The notes under the pieces are model-generated. The model saw only the letters and a list, made by a program, of their open reading frames with translations. It was not told the DNA's origin and ran no database searches. Positions 28,762 to 42,141 of a stretch of 124,000 bases of DNA are shown piece after piece (the first letter of the stretch is position 1; each line of letters begins with the position of its first letter). The stretch covers positions 87,812,001 to 87,936,000 of the forward strand of contig OX597817.1 in NCBI GenBank assembly GCA_951406725.2. Direction: 5' to 3'. The translations under genes were made by a program, and so were the position numbers. The DNA is from Octopus vulgaris (taxonomy: Eukaryota).

Positions 28762-31700
28762 TGTATGTATGTATGTATGCATGCATGCATGCATGTATGT
28801 ATGTATATTTGTATGTATGTATGTATGTATGTATGTATGTATGTATGCATGCATGCATGTATGTATGTATATTTGTATGTATGTATGTATGTCAGTCAGT
28901 CACCATCATCATTTAACATCTTTTTTTGTGCTGGGATGGATTAGACAGTTCAACAGGAACCAAAGAGTCAGCAGGCTATGCTGAGCTCCAGTATCTGCTC
29001 TGGCATGGTTTTTACTGAAGGCTGTCCTTCCTAATGCCAACAACATAAGAGAGTATGTCAGATGCTTTTACTATGGCACCAGCATTATTAAGGTCACCAA
29101 GTACTACAAGAGAAGCTCTCTAAACTAAGTGGGGTATAGTGTTGAGGGATGTGAAAGTATGACTGAGGGATGGGAACAGGTCTTGTTGAAATGGTGAATG
29201 TATGGAAAGCTGGAAAGTGAGGTAGATGGTGAGGGCATACTTTCAAGGTACAAGGTCAGTATGAAGGAGAAAATAGTGGGAAGAGAAAAAGTGGGTGGGT
29301 AGGTAAATGCACTACAATTTGAAAAGATTGTGACAAGATGATTGGAGATGAGGATTGAAGTGGACACAATGAATATCAATTTGAGGGAGAGGGAGTAAAG
29401 GAAATAGATGTGTGTCAGGGATGGGGGGCAGTGAGTGCATGCTATTGACAATGCCCATGGTGGCAGAAATGCACACCAAGCATTCTCACTAGCTGCAGGA
29501 TAATTTTGTCTGCTTCTGATATATATTGTATTTTTAAACACAGCATATTCATAAGAGATATTAGCTCTTGATAAATACAGCAGTAAATTTGTTTTTTCAT
29601 GATGTATTTACATTCAGTATGGTACACAGAAGTCTATTATAATTTCATACTGCTTTTGTTGCATATAACAGATGTGTGTGTGAATGTGTGTGTGTGTGTG
29701 TGTGTGTGATGTTCATTATATTGCTTGTGTGGCGAAAAATATTCTGTCTTTTGTTTTTACTTTATCTTTTTCTTTCCAAATCATGTTTTGTCTACACTCT
29801 TTCTCACTTGGGAACATGTTTGATTCAACTTATTACTTTCGTTACCACATTTAATATTGTTATTCACTATTTATTTTCTGGCTTATCGCCATGTTACATT
29901 TCTCACCTGTCTCTCTTACAACTGAAACTTCATCATACTTACAGTTCATAGCACTTTCTAATTTAAACGAGCTTCTAATTTAAAATTCTGTTTCAAACAA
30001 CCGTTATCTAATTTCATCTGTTGGCTTATTGTTATGTATTGAATCTGTTATGTGTCAAAATATAACAAATCTGTAGTGGTTTTATGTTTACATTACCAGT
30101 TACTATCTTCCTTGCTTCTGGCTACATTGCACACTTATGGAATTATTGTTGAATACCTGTATAACTTTGGATATTTAATATCAAAATGCTGAGCTAAGCT
30201 GGCATGAATTAAAAGCAAGATAACAAAGCTAAGTGAAAATAAACAAATATAGATGTACTGAGATGTAAGATAATCTGAATTTGTCTGAATAGTGATTTCC
30301 AAGTTAAAATGTTTGAATTCAAGAGCAGTTTGTTGATGCAGCAGAAGCCTTTCGACTATTTTCTTTGATGTCGGTTTTGTGTGGGTTTTTGTTTTAACCC
30401 TTTGACTCATTAGTATGTTTGAATTTCAGACCTACATATTCATACATAAATATTAGTGAAACTATCACAATGTTGATACCTCACCAACTAATTCTAATTA
30501 GTTAGTGAAAGTGTTGACCTCATGAAGTGGCCACAATAATGAGCCCACTTACTAACAAATTGAAACTGAACATTACACCACTTGATGATGTTAGACAACC
30601 TTATGAAATGATTAGCAATAAAAAATCAATGAGATCAGAGAGCCCCTTGATTTATATGAATGCAGTGGATATCTAATTATTTTTACACTGAATAAGCTAA
30701 ACTAATGATGTAAACAACCGTCCAGTCATTTTGTTTTTCTTTTTAGTTATTACCTACTTAGTGTGTTTTCACTAGAATTCTGCATTCTCTGTAATCATTC
30801 TAAGATCTTCAGTAACAGCTGAAAATTCTATGGTGATGAGGTCTTGTAAGATTGAAATATTTCCAAAGTTGCCCTCTTACTACCAAGTATTAAATTCAAC
30901 TTTCCACTACCTTCAATTTTTTTTTTTTTTTTTTTAATTTCAATTCTGACTGTTTCTCTTGACTTTCTTCATCAAAATTAATCATTAAGATAATTTTTTT
31001 TTTATTGTCAATAGAAATTTAGTTTGAATTGATTAAAACTTCTTGGCTCACTGCATTCACTATAGTGACTCCCATGTCTGTCACTACTATCACTATGGTA
31101 ACACCCATTTCACTCCATTCCCTATGATAACTCCCACTTCTCTACTATCACTATGGTAACGCCCACTTCACTGATGATGCCAGCAAGTTGGCTGCCAGAA
31201 GGGAATATCTTCTGATATTTCATTTACTTTAGTATAATGAACAGCATTAAGGAGAGTACCAATATGTAGATTCCCCCAGCACCACTATCAATATGCAAAT
31301 TACATCTATCTCACTACCAATATGTAAATTACCTCTATATCACTATCAATTTGTAAATTACCTCTCCACCATGACCAATATGTAAATTACCTCTAGTATC
31401 AGTTCCTGTAAATATCTGAATTTACGAAACCATCCAATTATTGCCAGAAAACAAAAATAGATTGAAAAATATTTTCAAAAAATCAACTCTGTTTTTCTAA
31501 TCATTCATTAAATGACAACCTTGGCCTAACATACCACTTGAGTGGTTATCACTTGTTAACAAAATTCCTGATGTTGCAAACATTCAAACCAGATCTCCTG
31601 GTTCTCTTCACATCCTTATTTTTCTTGTAGGACCTCTGGGTGGATGCTGGCTATAGCACTCTCACCAGTCTGAGTAAGTTATGGGCATTGCATAACCTTC

Positions 31701-32317
31701 TCTGATTAAAATACAACGTGGGAAATTGCTTTTATTTTGCATTTCCTCTTTGTCTTTTATCTTTTGTCTTTTACTTGTCTCACTCATTGGCATACAACCA
31801 TACTGGGCCACTGCCTTGAAGTGTTAAGTTGCACAAACCAACCCCAGCACATATTTTTAAACCTGGTACTTACTCTGTCAGTCTCTCTAGCCAATCCACT
31901 CAATTATGGGGGCATAAATAATCCGCACCAATTGTCAAGTTATGGTAGGAAACAAACTAACACACACACATATACAAGGGGGTCTTTTTCTGTTTCTGTC
32001 TACCAAGTCCTCACACTACACTTGGGTTAGCCTTGTGAATTGATTTGGTAGACTCAGACTGGTGAGAGTACTGTAGCCTGCATCCAACCAGAAGACCTAC
32101 AAGAAAAGTGTGGATGCAAAGAGAACCAGAAAATCTGGTCTGAATGTTTGCAACATCAGGAATTCTGGTGAAAAGTGATAACCAGTGAAGTGGTATATGA
32201 GGCCAAGGTTGTCAATTAACAAACCCAAGACCACATGGTTGGGAAGAAAGCTCCTTAACAACTCAGTTATGCCTGTTCCTTTTTTACTCATATTTTAATT
32301 CTTTCTTTGTTTTGTAG

Positions 32318-32459
32318 ATTTCTCACTGAAGTCTTAGAAAGTAGCCTCAAGTTAATTTGTTGCAGCAAGACCAGCAATGCCAGTAGCCAAACATCATTAG
32401 AAGCTTTGCATTTATTTGCTTTGTTTGACTATAAAGCAACATGGTTTTCAAAGTGGATG
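32318..32459 (+). CDS. TBC1D32: TBC1D32 exon (FLTEVLESSLKLI...LFALFDYKATWFSKWM), phase 2 to 0
   Basis: ttttgtag acceptor, gtaagt donor; resembles YMEEIVESTLSLL...FFALVDTKAVWFKKWM. Confidence 0.95.
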
Positions 32460-32713
32460 GTAAGTTAGTCACTGTATTTTACTATTTGTTTTTCTTGCAG
32501 CAGATGTCACTGGGTATTTTAACTCCAATTATACTCTTACATTATCTTGCTACTCAGTGTTCTATATTATCCTATATTATCTCCAGTCATTCTAAGATCT
32601 ACAGTAACAGTTTATATTTCACTGATGGAGTTTGATATAACTGCAATATGTTTGGAGATGTCATTTATTCCCTACACTTATAATCACTCTCCACTAATCC
32701 GGGTTTTTAATTA

Positions 32714-33914
32714 TTGGGTCATCCCATAAATAACGCAGTTTTTTTATACTTCTTTTATTTTTCAAAATTAAGATAACAAAGTTCTTTTTTAATCTAAAAT
32801 GTACTCTCTTTCATTTTCTACAATGCTCTTCCATCCGTCTGGTAGACTTCCAAAATTTATTTGTCCATGATGAAAAATACTCCTCCAGTACTGTTCTGAC
32901 CTTGTCTACAGAATTCATATTTTTTCCGTCCAAATGATTTTGAAGACTGCGAAATAAATCAGCTGCTCCAGCCTTTGAAATGTTATCCTCACTGTATATG
33001 GCCTAGCATTATCCTGATGGAAGAACACCTTTTGTCTTGAAACCAAAGATGGTTGCTTTTCTTCTAGTGTTGACTCACTATTCTAGCACTGACTCACCAC
33101 TCAAGTTCCGCACCATAGATCTCCTTTGTTATTGTTTGGGTTGGATTTAAAAATTCAAAGTGGACTAAGCCTTTCATTTCCCACCAAACAGATAACAACA
33201 CCTTATGTGGATGTTGTTATCTTTAGCCTGGGGTGCCACTGTTTCTTCTTTCCCTACCCACTGTCTTTGGTACTTGACATTCTTACAGAGAACGCATTTC
33301 TCATCACCAGCCACTATTCAGTCCAAGAAAGGATCATTTGTGAGATGTGACAGCAACGAAGAGCACACATTCACTCTCTGTGCGTGATTAGATTCAGAAA
33401 GTTTGTGAAGAACTGATTGACCAAATTTGCTGACTTTTCTGATGGCATGCAGGTGTCGATGAATGGTTCAATGACCAAAGTCAAGCTTCTCTGCTAGTTC
33501 CACCTGGATTTGCAGGACATTCTTGTCAAGCTCTACAGATCTTCCATGACATGGCTCTTCTAGGCTGTAGTTACTGGCTCAGAATTTCTAGAATCACCAT
33601 TGACACTGGCTTACGCTTATTGTCCAATCTCCTTATACTGCATTAATATTCCTTGCACTTTCCATTGCAATGTTGCCTTTATTGAACTCATAAAGCAAAA
33701 TATGCTGAATATGCTCCTTTGTCACTTCCATTATAGCTTTGAAAAAATAATTGTTAAAAGTGAACTGCACTTGTCAAAACTTGCACTAAAAATAAGTACA
33801 AGGTAAAATTACTACCTGCTTTTATAGCAAGTTGATGCAGGTAGTTTATCCTGTCCTCCTTCTACTTTTAGTTCATGCAATTGAAAAAACTGCATTATTT
33901 ATGGGATGACCCAA
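32714..33914 (-). mobile_element. Decayed mariner-family DNA transposon
   Basis: TA-flanked TIRs TTGGGTCATCCCATAAATAACGCAGTTTTT / AAAAAACTGCATTATTTATGGGATGACCCAA; FFHQDNARP motif on minus strand near 33000-33030. Confidence 0.9.
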
Positions 33915-33974
33915 TACTTATAATTTCAGTTCTAGGGTTGTCTCCCTTGTATTTCTTCACCAGAATTAATTTTT

Positions 33975-34020
33975 ATATTAGTATTAGTATTGTCCCTTTG
34001 ATCCTCGGTCGACAGTTTGC

Positions 34021-34078
<58 letters not shown>

Positions 34079-34397
34079 TACTATTTTCAGCTTCGCCTCG
34101 TATTGCATATTATTTCTCCATACAGGGGTTTTTTTCAATGGCGGCCCATTTTCGCGGGTTCCACTATTTCCCTTCTCTCTCTCCCTCTTTTACGTTGTCT
34201 GCCATCCCCCTCTTCCTTTGCTAAGAGCATTTTTAAGCCAGCCCGTCATATTCCCGTGTCAGGCCGAAGAACGAAATGTTCCCAAGATAAGAGAGTCTTT
34301 CTAATCTAATGTTGTGGTTGAGCTGTTTATTATTTATTATTATTACTATTATTATTAGTATTAGTATTGTCCCTTTGATCCTCGGTCGACAGTTTGC

Positions 34398-34449
<52 letters not shown>

Positions 34450-34769
34450 TACTATTTTCAGCTTCGCCTCGTATTGCATATTATTTCTCCATACAGGGGT
34501 TTTTTTCAATGGCGGCCCATTTTCGCGGGGTTCCACTATTTCCCTTCTCTCTCTCCCTCTTTTACGTTGTCTGCCATCCCCCTCTTCCTTTGCTAAGAGC
34601 ATTTTTAAGCCAGTCCGTCATATTCCCGTGTCAGGCCGAAGAACGAAATGTTCCCAAGATAAGAGAGTCTTTCTAATCTAATGTTGTGGTTGAGCTGTTT
34701 ATTATTTATTATTATTACTATTATTATTAGTATTAGTATTGTCCCTTTGATCCTCGGTCGACAGTTTGC

Positions 34770-34815
<46 letters not shown>

Positions 34816-35135
34816 TACTATTTTCAGCTTCGCCTCGTATTGCATATTATTTCTCCATACAGGGGTTTTTTTCAATGGCGGCCCATTTTCGCAGGGTTCC
34901 ACTATTTCCCTTCTCTCTCTCCCTCTTTTACGTTGTCTGCCATCCCCCTCTTCCTTTGCTAAGAGCATTTTTAAGCCAGCCCGTCATATTCCCGTGTCAG
35001 GCCGAAGAACGAAATGTTCCCAAGATAAGAGAGTCTTTCTAATCTAATGTTGTGGTTGAGCTGTTTATTATTTATTATTATTACTATTATTATTAGTATT
35101 AGTATTGTCCCTTTGATCCTCGGTCGACAGTTTGC

Positions 35136-35184
<49 letters not shown>

Positions 35185-35363
35185 TACTATTTTCAGCTTC
35201 GCCTCGTATTGCATATTATTTCTCCATACAGGGTTTTTTTCAATGGCGGCCCATTTTCGCGCGGTTCCACTATTTCCCTTCTCTCTCTCCCTCTTTTACG
35301 TTGTCTGCCATCCCCCCTCTTCCTTTGCTAAGAGCATTTTTAAGCCAGCCCGTCATATTCCCG
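33975..35363. repeat. Tandem array of about 3.7 near-identical 366-377 bp units, each with internal (TTA)n
   Basis: Anchor tgtccc at 33991, 34368, 34740 and 35106; unit length varies mainly by TTA count. Confidence 0.97.
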
Positions 35364-35860
35364 GTGCACCCGCCCTTGCCCACCCCCACCACCAATACCG
35401 GATATCTCTATATTTTTGCTCCATCTATACCGGATGTCGCTTCTCCCACCACCATTATAGGTGTCTACTCTTCGAACCCCCTCTTCAATACGCTATTTCA
35501 CCATGCATTACCCCTCTCTTGATATCCTACGTTCTACTTGCCTAGAACCTGTCATCATTTCTCTGAACCACCCCTCCCCACTGGTGCTCCCCTATATTTC
35601 TGCACCCCCCCACCCACAAAAAGCACCATCCGAACGTGGCCGATGCCAGACCCCTCTGGCACCTGTGCAGGTGGCACGTAAAAAACACCCACTACACTCG
35701 CGGAGTGGTTGGCGTTAGGAAGGGCATCCAGCTGTAGAAACACTGCCAGACTAGACTGGAGCCTGGGGCAGTCCCTAGCTCCCCAGACCCCGGTCGAAAC
35801 CGTCCAACCCGTGCTAGCGCGGAAAACGGACGTTAAACGATGATGATGATGATGATGATG
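35364..35860 (+). mobile_element. Young RTE-tail non-autonomous retroposon
   Basis: CpG-rich copy of the window-wide ...gcgttaggaagggcatccagctgtagaaac...aacccgtgctagcgcggaaaacggacgttaaac(gat)n tail. Confidence 0.85.
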
Positions 35861-36572
35861 AAGTTGCTCTTCTCATTACAGATCTAATTTGAATTAAAAT
35901 TTCTTGGATTATTCCATTACTTATGTTAGTGCCCACTTCACAATCTGGTATAAGTCCTCTTTTGATGGCTCTTTATGGTCTTATTGTCAACAAACAAAAA
36001 CCAAATACCCTGACATTCTTCCCAACCACATTGTCCCAGGTTCAGTCCCACTGCATAGCACCTTGGGCAAATGTCTTCTACTATAGCTTCAGGCCAACCA
36101 AAGCCTTGTAAGTGGATTTGGTATATGGAAACTGAAAAAAGCCCATCGTTTATATGTATGTGTATGTCTGTCTGTCTTTGTGTCTATGTTTGTCCCCCAC
36201 CACCACCACTTGACAAAAGGTGTTAATGTGCTTACATCCTCATAACTTAGCAATTTGGCAAAAGAGACTGATAGGATACGTACCAAGCTTTACAAAAAAT
36301 AATAAGTACTGTAGGTAATTTGTTTTACAAAAATTCTTCAAAGCAGTGCTCCAGCATAGCTACAGTTTAATGACTGACACAAGTAAAAGATAAAAGAGAA
36401 AAGACGGTGTAGAGTGATACAGAGGTCTTTACTAGTTAAAGCAATCCTATTCTTGTGAGTCTATTTCTAGCAGCTTGATGATTTCAACAATGAAATAATT
36501 CATAATTTTGATTTTATTCTGTATGAAAAGCAAATGAAATTCATGTATTGCTTTTCTTGTTTTACTTTTCAG

Positions 36573-36629
36573 CATGGTGTTTGCAGCCGGGCTCCTTTGC
36601 TGAAACTCTTAGAAACTTACCAATACTTG
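36573..36629 (+). CDS. TBC1D32: TBC1D32 exon (HGVCSRAPLLKLLETYQYL), phase 0 to 0
   Basis: cttttcag acceptor, gtaaat donor; resembles [20 protein letters not shown]. Confidence 0.93.
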
Positions 36630-37100
36630 GTAAATATTTTTATTTTTTATTTTTTGTAAACAATATTTGATACTTGTTTGTAATCATTTGATGGGGATTA
36701 TGTTGGTAACAATTGTAGTACAAGATACATAACATGATATAATCTTAAACTAGATTAGTGGATTAGGTTTATAACAACTGTAGTACTGGATTAGTGGATA
36801 AGGTTTACATCAAATGTACTATTAAATATATAACATGATGTAATAATGAAATCCAGAAGTGGATTAATTTTATAGCAAATGTAGTACTGGATACATAACA
36901 TAAAGTGATCGTAAGCTAGATTAGTGAATAAGGTATAAGTTCTGATGGATATATTTTGGCTGGTTTCTGAGTGAAACCTTTTATTCTGTATTTTATTCTA
37001 TATTTCCTAGCTGTCAGAAATAGAAACCACATCATATAAGAATGTTACTTGTAATAAACTGACATCTTATCAAACAAGGGTGGAGTTATTTCTTCTCCAC

Positions 37101-37322
37101 TTAACCCATTAGTTACTGCATTTATTTTGAGATGCTCTGTGTTTCTTTCAATTACTTTCAATATAACAAAGAATTTAGTAAAATAACTTAGTTATCATTC
37201 AGCTAGTGTTAGGAACATAAATTGTGACTCAGGTTTGGTGGAAGATTTTAATTCAAAATTTATGAAAATAAGACATTTGTACGCAGAACCAGTTTCAGCC
37301 GGGTTGGTAATGAACAGGTTAA
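37101..37322. mobile_element. TTAA-flanked piggyBac-type MITE family A (second copy 51076-51303)
   Basis: TTAA|CCC start, degenerate GGG|TTAA end, short TIR, two similar copies in the window. Confidence 0.7.
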
Positions 37323-40300
37323 TGTCAAAACTGAAGCCAAGCTCTGACACTAAGATACCAACAGGGCTTAGATAGCATTTACCTCTTTTGACAATATACA
37401 AATTTTCAGTACTATGTCAACAACAATGTTAACGACAATGGTGAACTGAGCTATAAAAACTTTGTTTTTAAAAAAAAATGCAAACCAGTTGTTAACTGAA
37501 TGCTGGATGCTAAAGAGAAGGACTTACTTGGGAAAACTATGATGTCAAATGCTCCACCCTCATTCACAGTCGATTTGTCACTTTAAGGTTTTGAAGTGAA
37601 TGTTAACATGATTTTATATATCTGTGTGTATAGTGATACTTGTACACAAAGACAACGCACTCTTATATATGTATATATATAGGTATGTTGATGCAAATAG
37701 GAAAAAAGACTCAAAATATTAGTTTATGTATATTCTTATTAATATTTAGCAGATGTAACAGAGTGACTTGGACCTTGACTCACTCTGTTACTTCTGCTAA
37801 ATATTAATAACTATATATATATATATATATAGAAGGACACAGGAAAAATGTGTCAAAGCCATCAGGAGGCGTCGATGCTTCCTAGGGCTAAACAGCGGTG
37901 TGTACCCCCCCTACTGTCATGTTCGTGTTAGATTGACAGTATACAACCATTCTATCGCCCCACCACCATACATGTCTCTACGAGAGATTTAGAAATTTAG
38001 TATTTCTGACTATATATATATATATATATATATATAGGTGCAGGTGTGGCTGTGCAGTAAGAAACTTGCTTCCCAACTACATGGTTCCAGGTCTAGTTCC
38101 ACTGTGTGGCACCTTGGCCAAGTGTCTTCTACTATAGTCTCGGGCTGGCGAAAGCCTTGCAAGTGGATTTGGTAGATGGAAACTGAAATATATATAGATA
38201 TGGAAGGCAGACGTTAAGCAATGATGATGATACATAGCCTACAAATATCCCAAGCATCAAACTAATACACTTGCTTGTTGTTTGTACACCTGTTTTCATC
38301 TTTTGTTTTTCTATAAATTTCAACTACATATCATCATCATCGTTTAACGTCTGTTTTCCATGCTGGCATGGGTTGGATGGGGTCTGGGAAGCCAGGAGAC
38401 TGCACCAGGCTCCAGTTTGATCTGGCAGTGTTTCTATAGCTGAATGCCCTTCCTAATGCCAACCACTCCGAGAATGTAGTGGGTGCTTTTACGTGCCACT
38501 GGCACAGGGGCCAGATGAGGCTGGCAACGACCACAATCAATTGGTGCTTTTTACATGCCACCGGCACGGAAGCCAGTCAAGGTGGCACTGGCATTGGCCA
38601 CATTCAGAAGGTGTCTTTTATGTGCCACCGGCATGGGGATCGCAACTATAATTTCCATTTGATTCTGGTTATATATATATATAAACGGAGAGAGAGAGAG
38701 AACAAAGTTATTTTGTTCTACATGAGTAGAAATAATGAAGAAAGAAGTTGAAAATGCACTGGGATTTTTATCTCAACTTTTGAAAATGCCCTCAATGCAG
38801 AGAATGTAGGGCCTCGAACAAAAAAATAGGAAATGAGCAAAACACAGCCTTAGGGCCAAGAAGACAAGAATGGTGAGTAACACTTAGAAGAAATCCTAAA
38901 GGATATAGAAAACATCAAATAGCAGGACACAGAGAAATTATAAGACTAGTGAGCTATGCAACCAGTTTGAAAAAGGGAGAGAATGAAAGGAAGCTGACCA
39001 CAGGTCATGTGTCAGCAGCAGGTAGAGGAGAGAGAGGGAGAGAGAGTGCTGTGCTAGTAATAGTCTTTCCAGTTATGTTTCCACCCCACCCCACCTACTG
39101 CCACTTTACCTAAACCCCTATATCTATTTCTTTACTACCCACAAGGGGCTACACACAGAGGGGACAAACAAGGACAGACACATGGATTACGTCGATTATA
39201 TCAACCCCAGTGCATAACTGGTACTTATTTAATCGATCCCGAAAGGATGAAATGCAAAGTTGACCTCGGCAGAATTTGCACTCAGAATGTAACGGCAGAC
39301 GAAACCCCTATATCATCTTTAATCTGTCAACATAACTGTACTGTGGTTGATTGATGTATTGGGTCTATCTATTTTTATGTCCTCCTCCCTTTCTGTTCAT
39401 TTAACCTTTCATCTTAACTCTAACTCCTTTTATGGTTGTTTTGAGAGATGTATAAATGAAATTCTGTCCAAATTTCTGCCTCTTCTCCTTTGTTTTCCTT
39501 GTCTCATTGACCTTTCACCTTCTCTCAACAATCCTTTACCTTGTCCATCCCTCTCCCTATAATCTGTCTGCCCAACAGCAAATTTTCCCCTCATTTCTTC
39601 ACTCTCAGGTGAAACACCAGCCCATTCTTATTCGAGTTATACATATTTTCAGATTGAATCTTGAATACCTAAATACCTATTTCTAATACAACATCTTAAT
39701 ATTTTTATCCAGAATACCACTGTTCCTGTGTTAAAAATGAATTTGTGAGTTTGATCTTTGCTAAAGGATATGTGCATGTATTCTGAGTAGAGAATACATA
39801 GATCACAGGCTTGCCTGTATGGTAAGATGTTAGCTTCTCAACCACATGGTTCTGGGTTCAGTACCACTGCATGTGAACCAAATGTCTTCTGTTATAGCCT
39901 CCAGCTGACCGAACTCTTGTAAGTGGATTTGGCAGACAGAAACTGAAAGAAATCCACACCATCAACTACTACAGTCACCTCTATCCTATCTAAACATTTC
40001 TCCTTGTATTCTTGTGAAATTTCTCTTTTGCCCACTCCCCTCCATTCATCCAGTCCAATCCGCTATATCACTTCATCTACATTCACCCACCCACCGCTGT
40101 GCCTTGAAGGTATGTTCTGACACATACCCACTACCATCTCTCTCACTCTCTCCATCTTTGTCTTTCACTCAAAGTCTCTCTTTCTTTCCTTCCTTCACTA
40201 ACTGGGATATCCTTGTATCTTTTCTGCAGCAAGACACCTAACTCTACCCTTCTTGTTATTTTTTTCTAACTTCTTGTCAGCTGGTACAAAGCCACCTCCC

Positions 40301-40716
40301 TCAATACTGCTCTCCCCCAGTCGAAGGGACTTTGTCTTATTTCGCAAGTTACTTGGTGACCCCACTAGTGCTGGTGTCACATAAAACGCACCCAGTCCAC
40401 TCTGTAAAGTGGTTGGCATTAGGGAGAGTATCCAGCCATTGAAACCATGATAAAACAGACAATAGAATTTGGTACAGTCCTTTGTCTTGCCAGCACTTGT
40501 CAAATCATCCAACCCATGCCAGCATGGAAAACAGACATTCAAGGATGATGATTATATACATATGTCTTTTGTTGACAACTTTTTCCGCCTTGTAAGGATA
40601 ATATTATTCAGTTTTTCGACTGTTTTAATGGTAATACTGCATTTTGAAAATATCATACGATATATATTCAACACTTCTAAAAAAACAAATGTAGTTTGTT
40701 TATATACACACATAGT

Positions 40717-40779
<63 letters not shown>

Positions 40780-40854
40780 TCAAATGAAATAAAAAACAGA
40801 ACACAAAGGATGTCGTGGTACACGTGTTTTATATACTCTTTTACTCTCTTTTAC

Positions 40855-41064
40855 TCTTTTACTTGTTTTAGTCATGTGACTGTGGCCATGCTGGAGCACC
40901 GCCTTTAGTCGATCAAATCGACCCCAGGACTTATTCTTTGTAAGCCTAGTACTTATTTTATCGGTCTCTTTTTTTTTGCCGAACCGCTAAGTTACGGGGA
41001 CGTAAACACACCAGCATCAGTTGTCAAGTGATGTTGGGGGGACAAACACAGACACACAAACACG

Positions 41065-41102
<38 letters not shown>

Positions 41103-41267
41103 TACGACGGGCTTCTTTCAGTTTCCTTCTACCAAATCCACTCACACAGCTTTGGTCGGCCCGAGGCTATAGTAGAAGACACTTACCCAAGGTGCCACGC
41201 AGTGGGACTGAACCCGGAACCATGTGGTTGGTAAGCAAGCTACTTACCACACAGCTACTCCTACGCC

Positions 41268-41270
<3 letters not shown>
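40855..41270 (-). mobile_element. tRNA-derived SINE with internal (TA/CA)n; exemplar of the most abundant family (dozens of copies)
   Basis: Head ...gctgtgtggtaag...ggttccgggttcagtccc (A/B-box-like); shared body ...gcttgacaactgatgctggtgtgtttacgtccccgtaacttagcggttcggc... Confidence 0.85.
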
Positions 41271-41346
<76 letters not shown>

Positions 41347-41424
41347 AATAAGATAAAGTCAACAAGAAGGAGTACAGTTAGACAGTTATTCAATAATCAC
41401 TACATGTTTCCATACAACATAGAT

Positions 41425-41472
<48 letters not shown>

Positions 41473-42047
41473 CCATAATGAAATAAAAAAAACCAAGGCT
41501 GTGTAGATTTTAGAACCTTCTATTTATAAATGTTCTAAAATCTACACAAGCTTTGTTTTTTTATCTCATTATGAAAAAAAAATTTATATACACACACTGA
41601 TATATGACCTAAGTTGGACCCCTGATTCGCATAATCACCGGATCTGGAACTTAACTATGGTCTGTTCATAGCACTTATTCAGCATTACCTGACACCTTTG
41701 GGTCTCACTGACACTATTACCTCTCATAACCTATATATATATATATATATAATATGTGTATGTTTGTGTTTGTCCCCTACCACTACTTCACAGCTGATTT
41801 TGTTTGCACTCTTGTAACTTAGCAGTTCAACAAAAGGACTGATAAAATAAGTACCAGGCATAAAAATATATAAGTACTGGGGGCGATTTGTTCAACTAAA
41901 CCTTTCTAGTCAGTGTTCCAGCATGGCCACAATCTAGTGAGTGAAACAGGTGAAAGATGAAAGATAAAATGCCTTTATTAATATATGCTAATTTATTTAA
42001 TTTTAATTATGGTTTCTACACCCTCATTTTTTTCAAAAAAAAATTAG

Positions 42048-42141
42048 GTTGAAAATTCAGTTAGATATGTGTTAAACTTTATTGAAACCAAGCAAAACCA
42101 GAAGACATTAACTCAGTGCCATCGTCACACATTTCTGTCAG
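42048..42141 (+). CDS. TBC1D32: TBC1D32 exon (VENSVRYVLNFIETKQNQKTLTQCHRHTFLS), phase 0 to 1
   Basis: Best open AG-GT candidate I found with the required phases between its neighbours; 94 nt; weak similarity to VTTAIQQCVQYFE; gttagt donor; atypical acceptor context. Confidence 0.75.

Noticed and set aside
33975-35363. CRISPR-like array or canonical retrozyme
   Set aside because: Units are wholly repeated with no unique spacers, the DNA is eukaryotic, and no CUGANGA/GAAA core with stem II was found on either strand.
37011-37050. Alternative candidate for the exon between 36629 and 45667 (also 40597-40630)
   Set aside because: Phase-compatible but too short and less similar to the expected peptide than 42048-42141.
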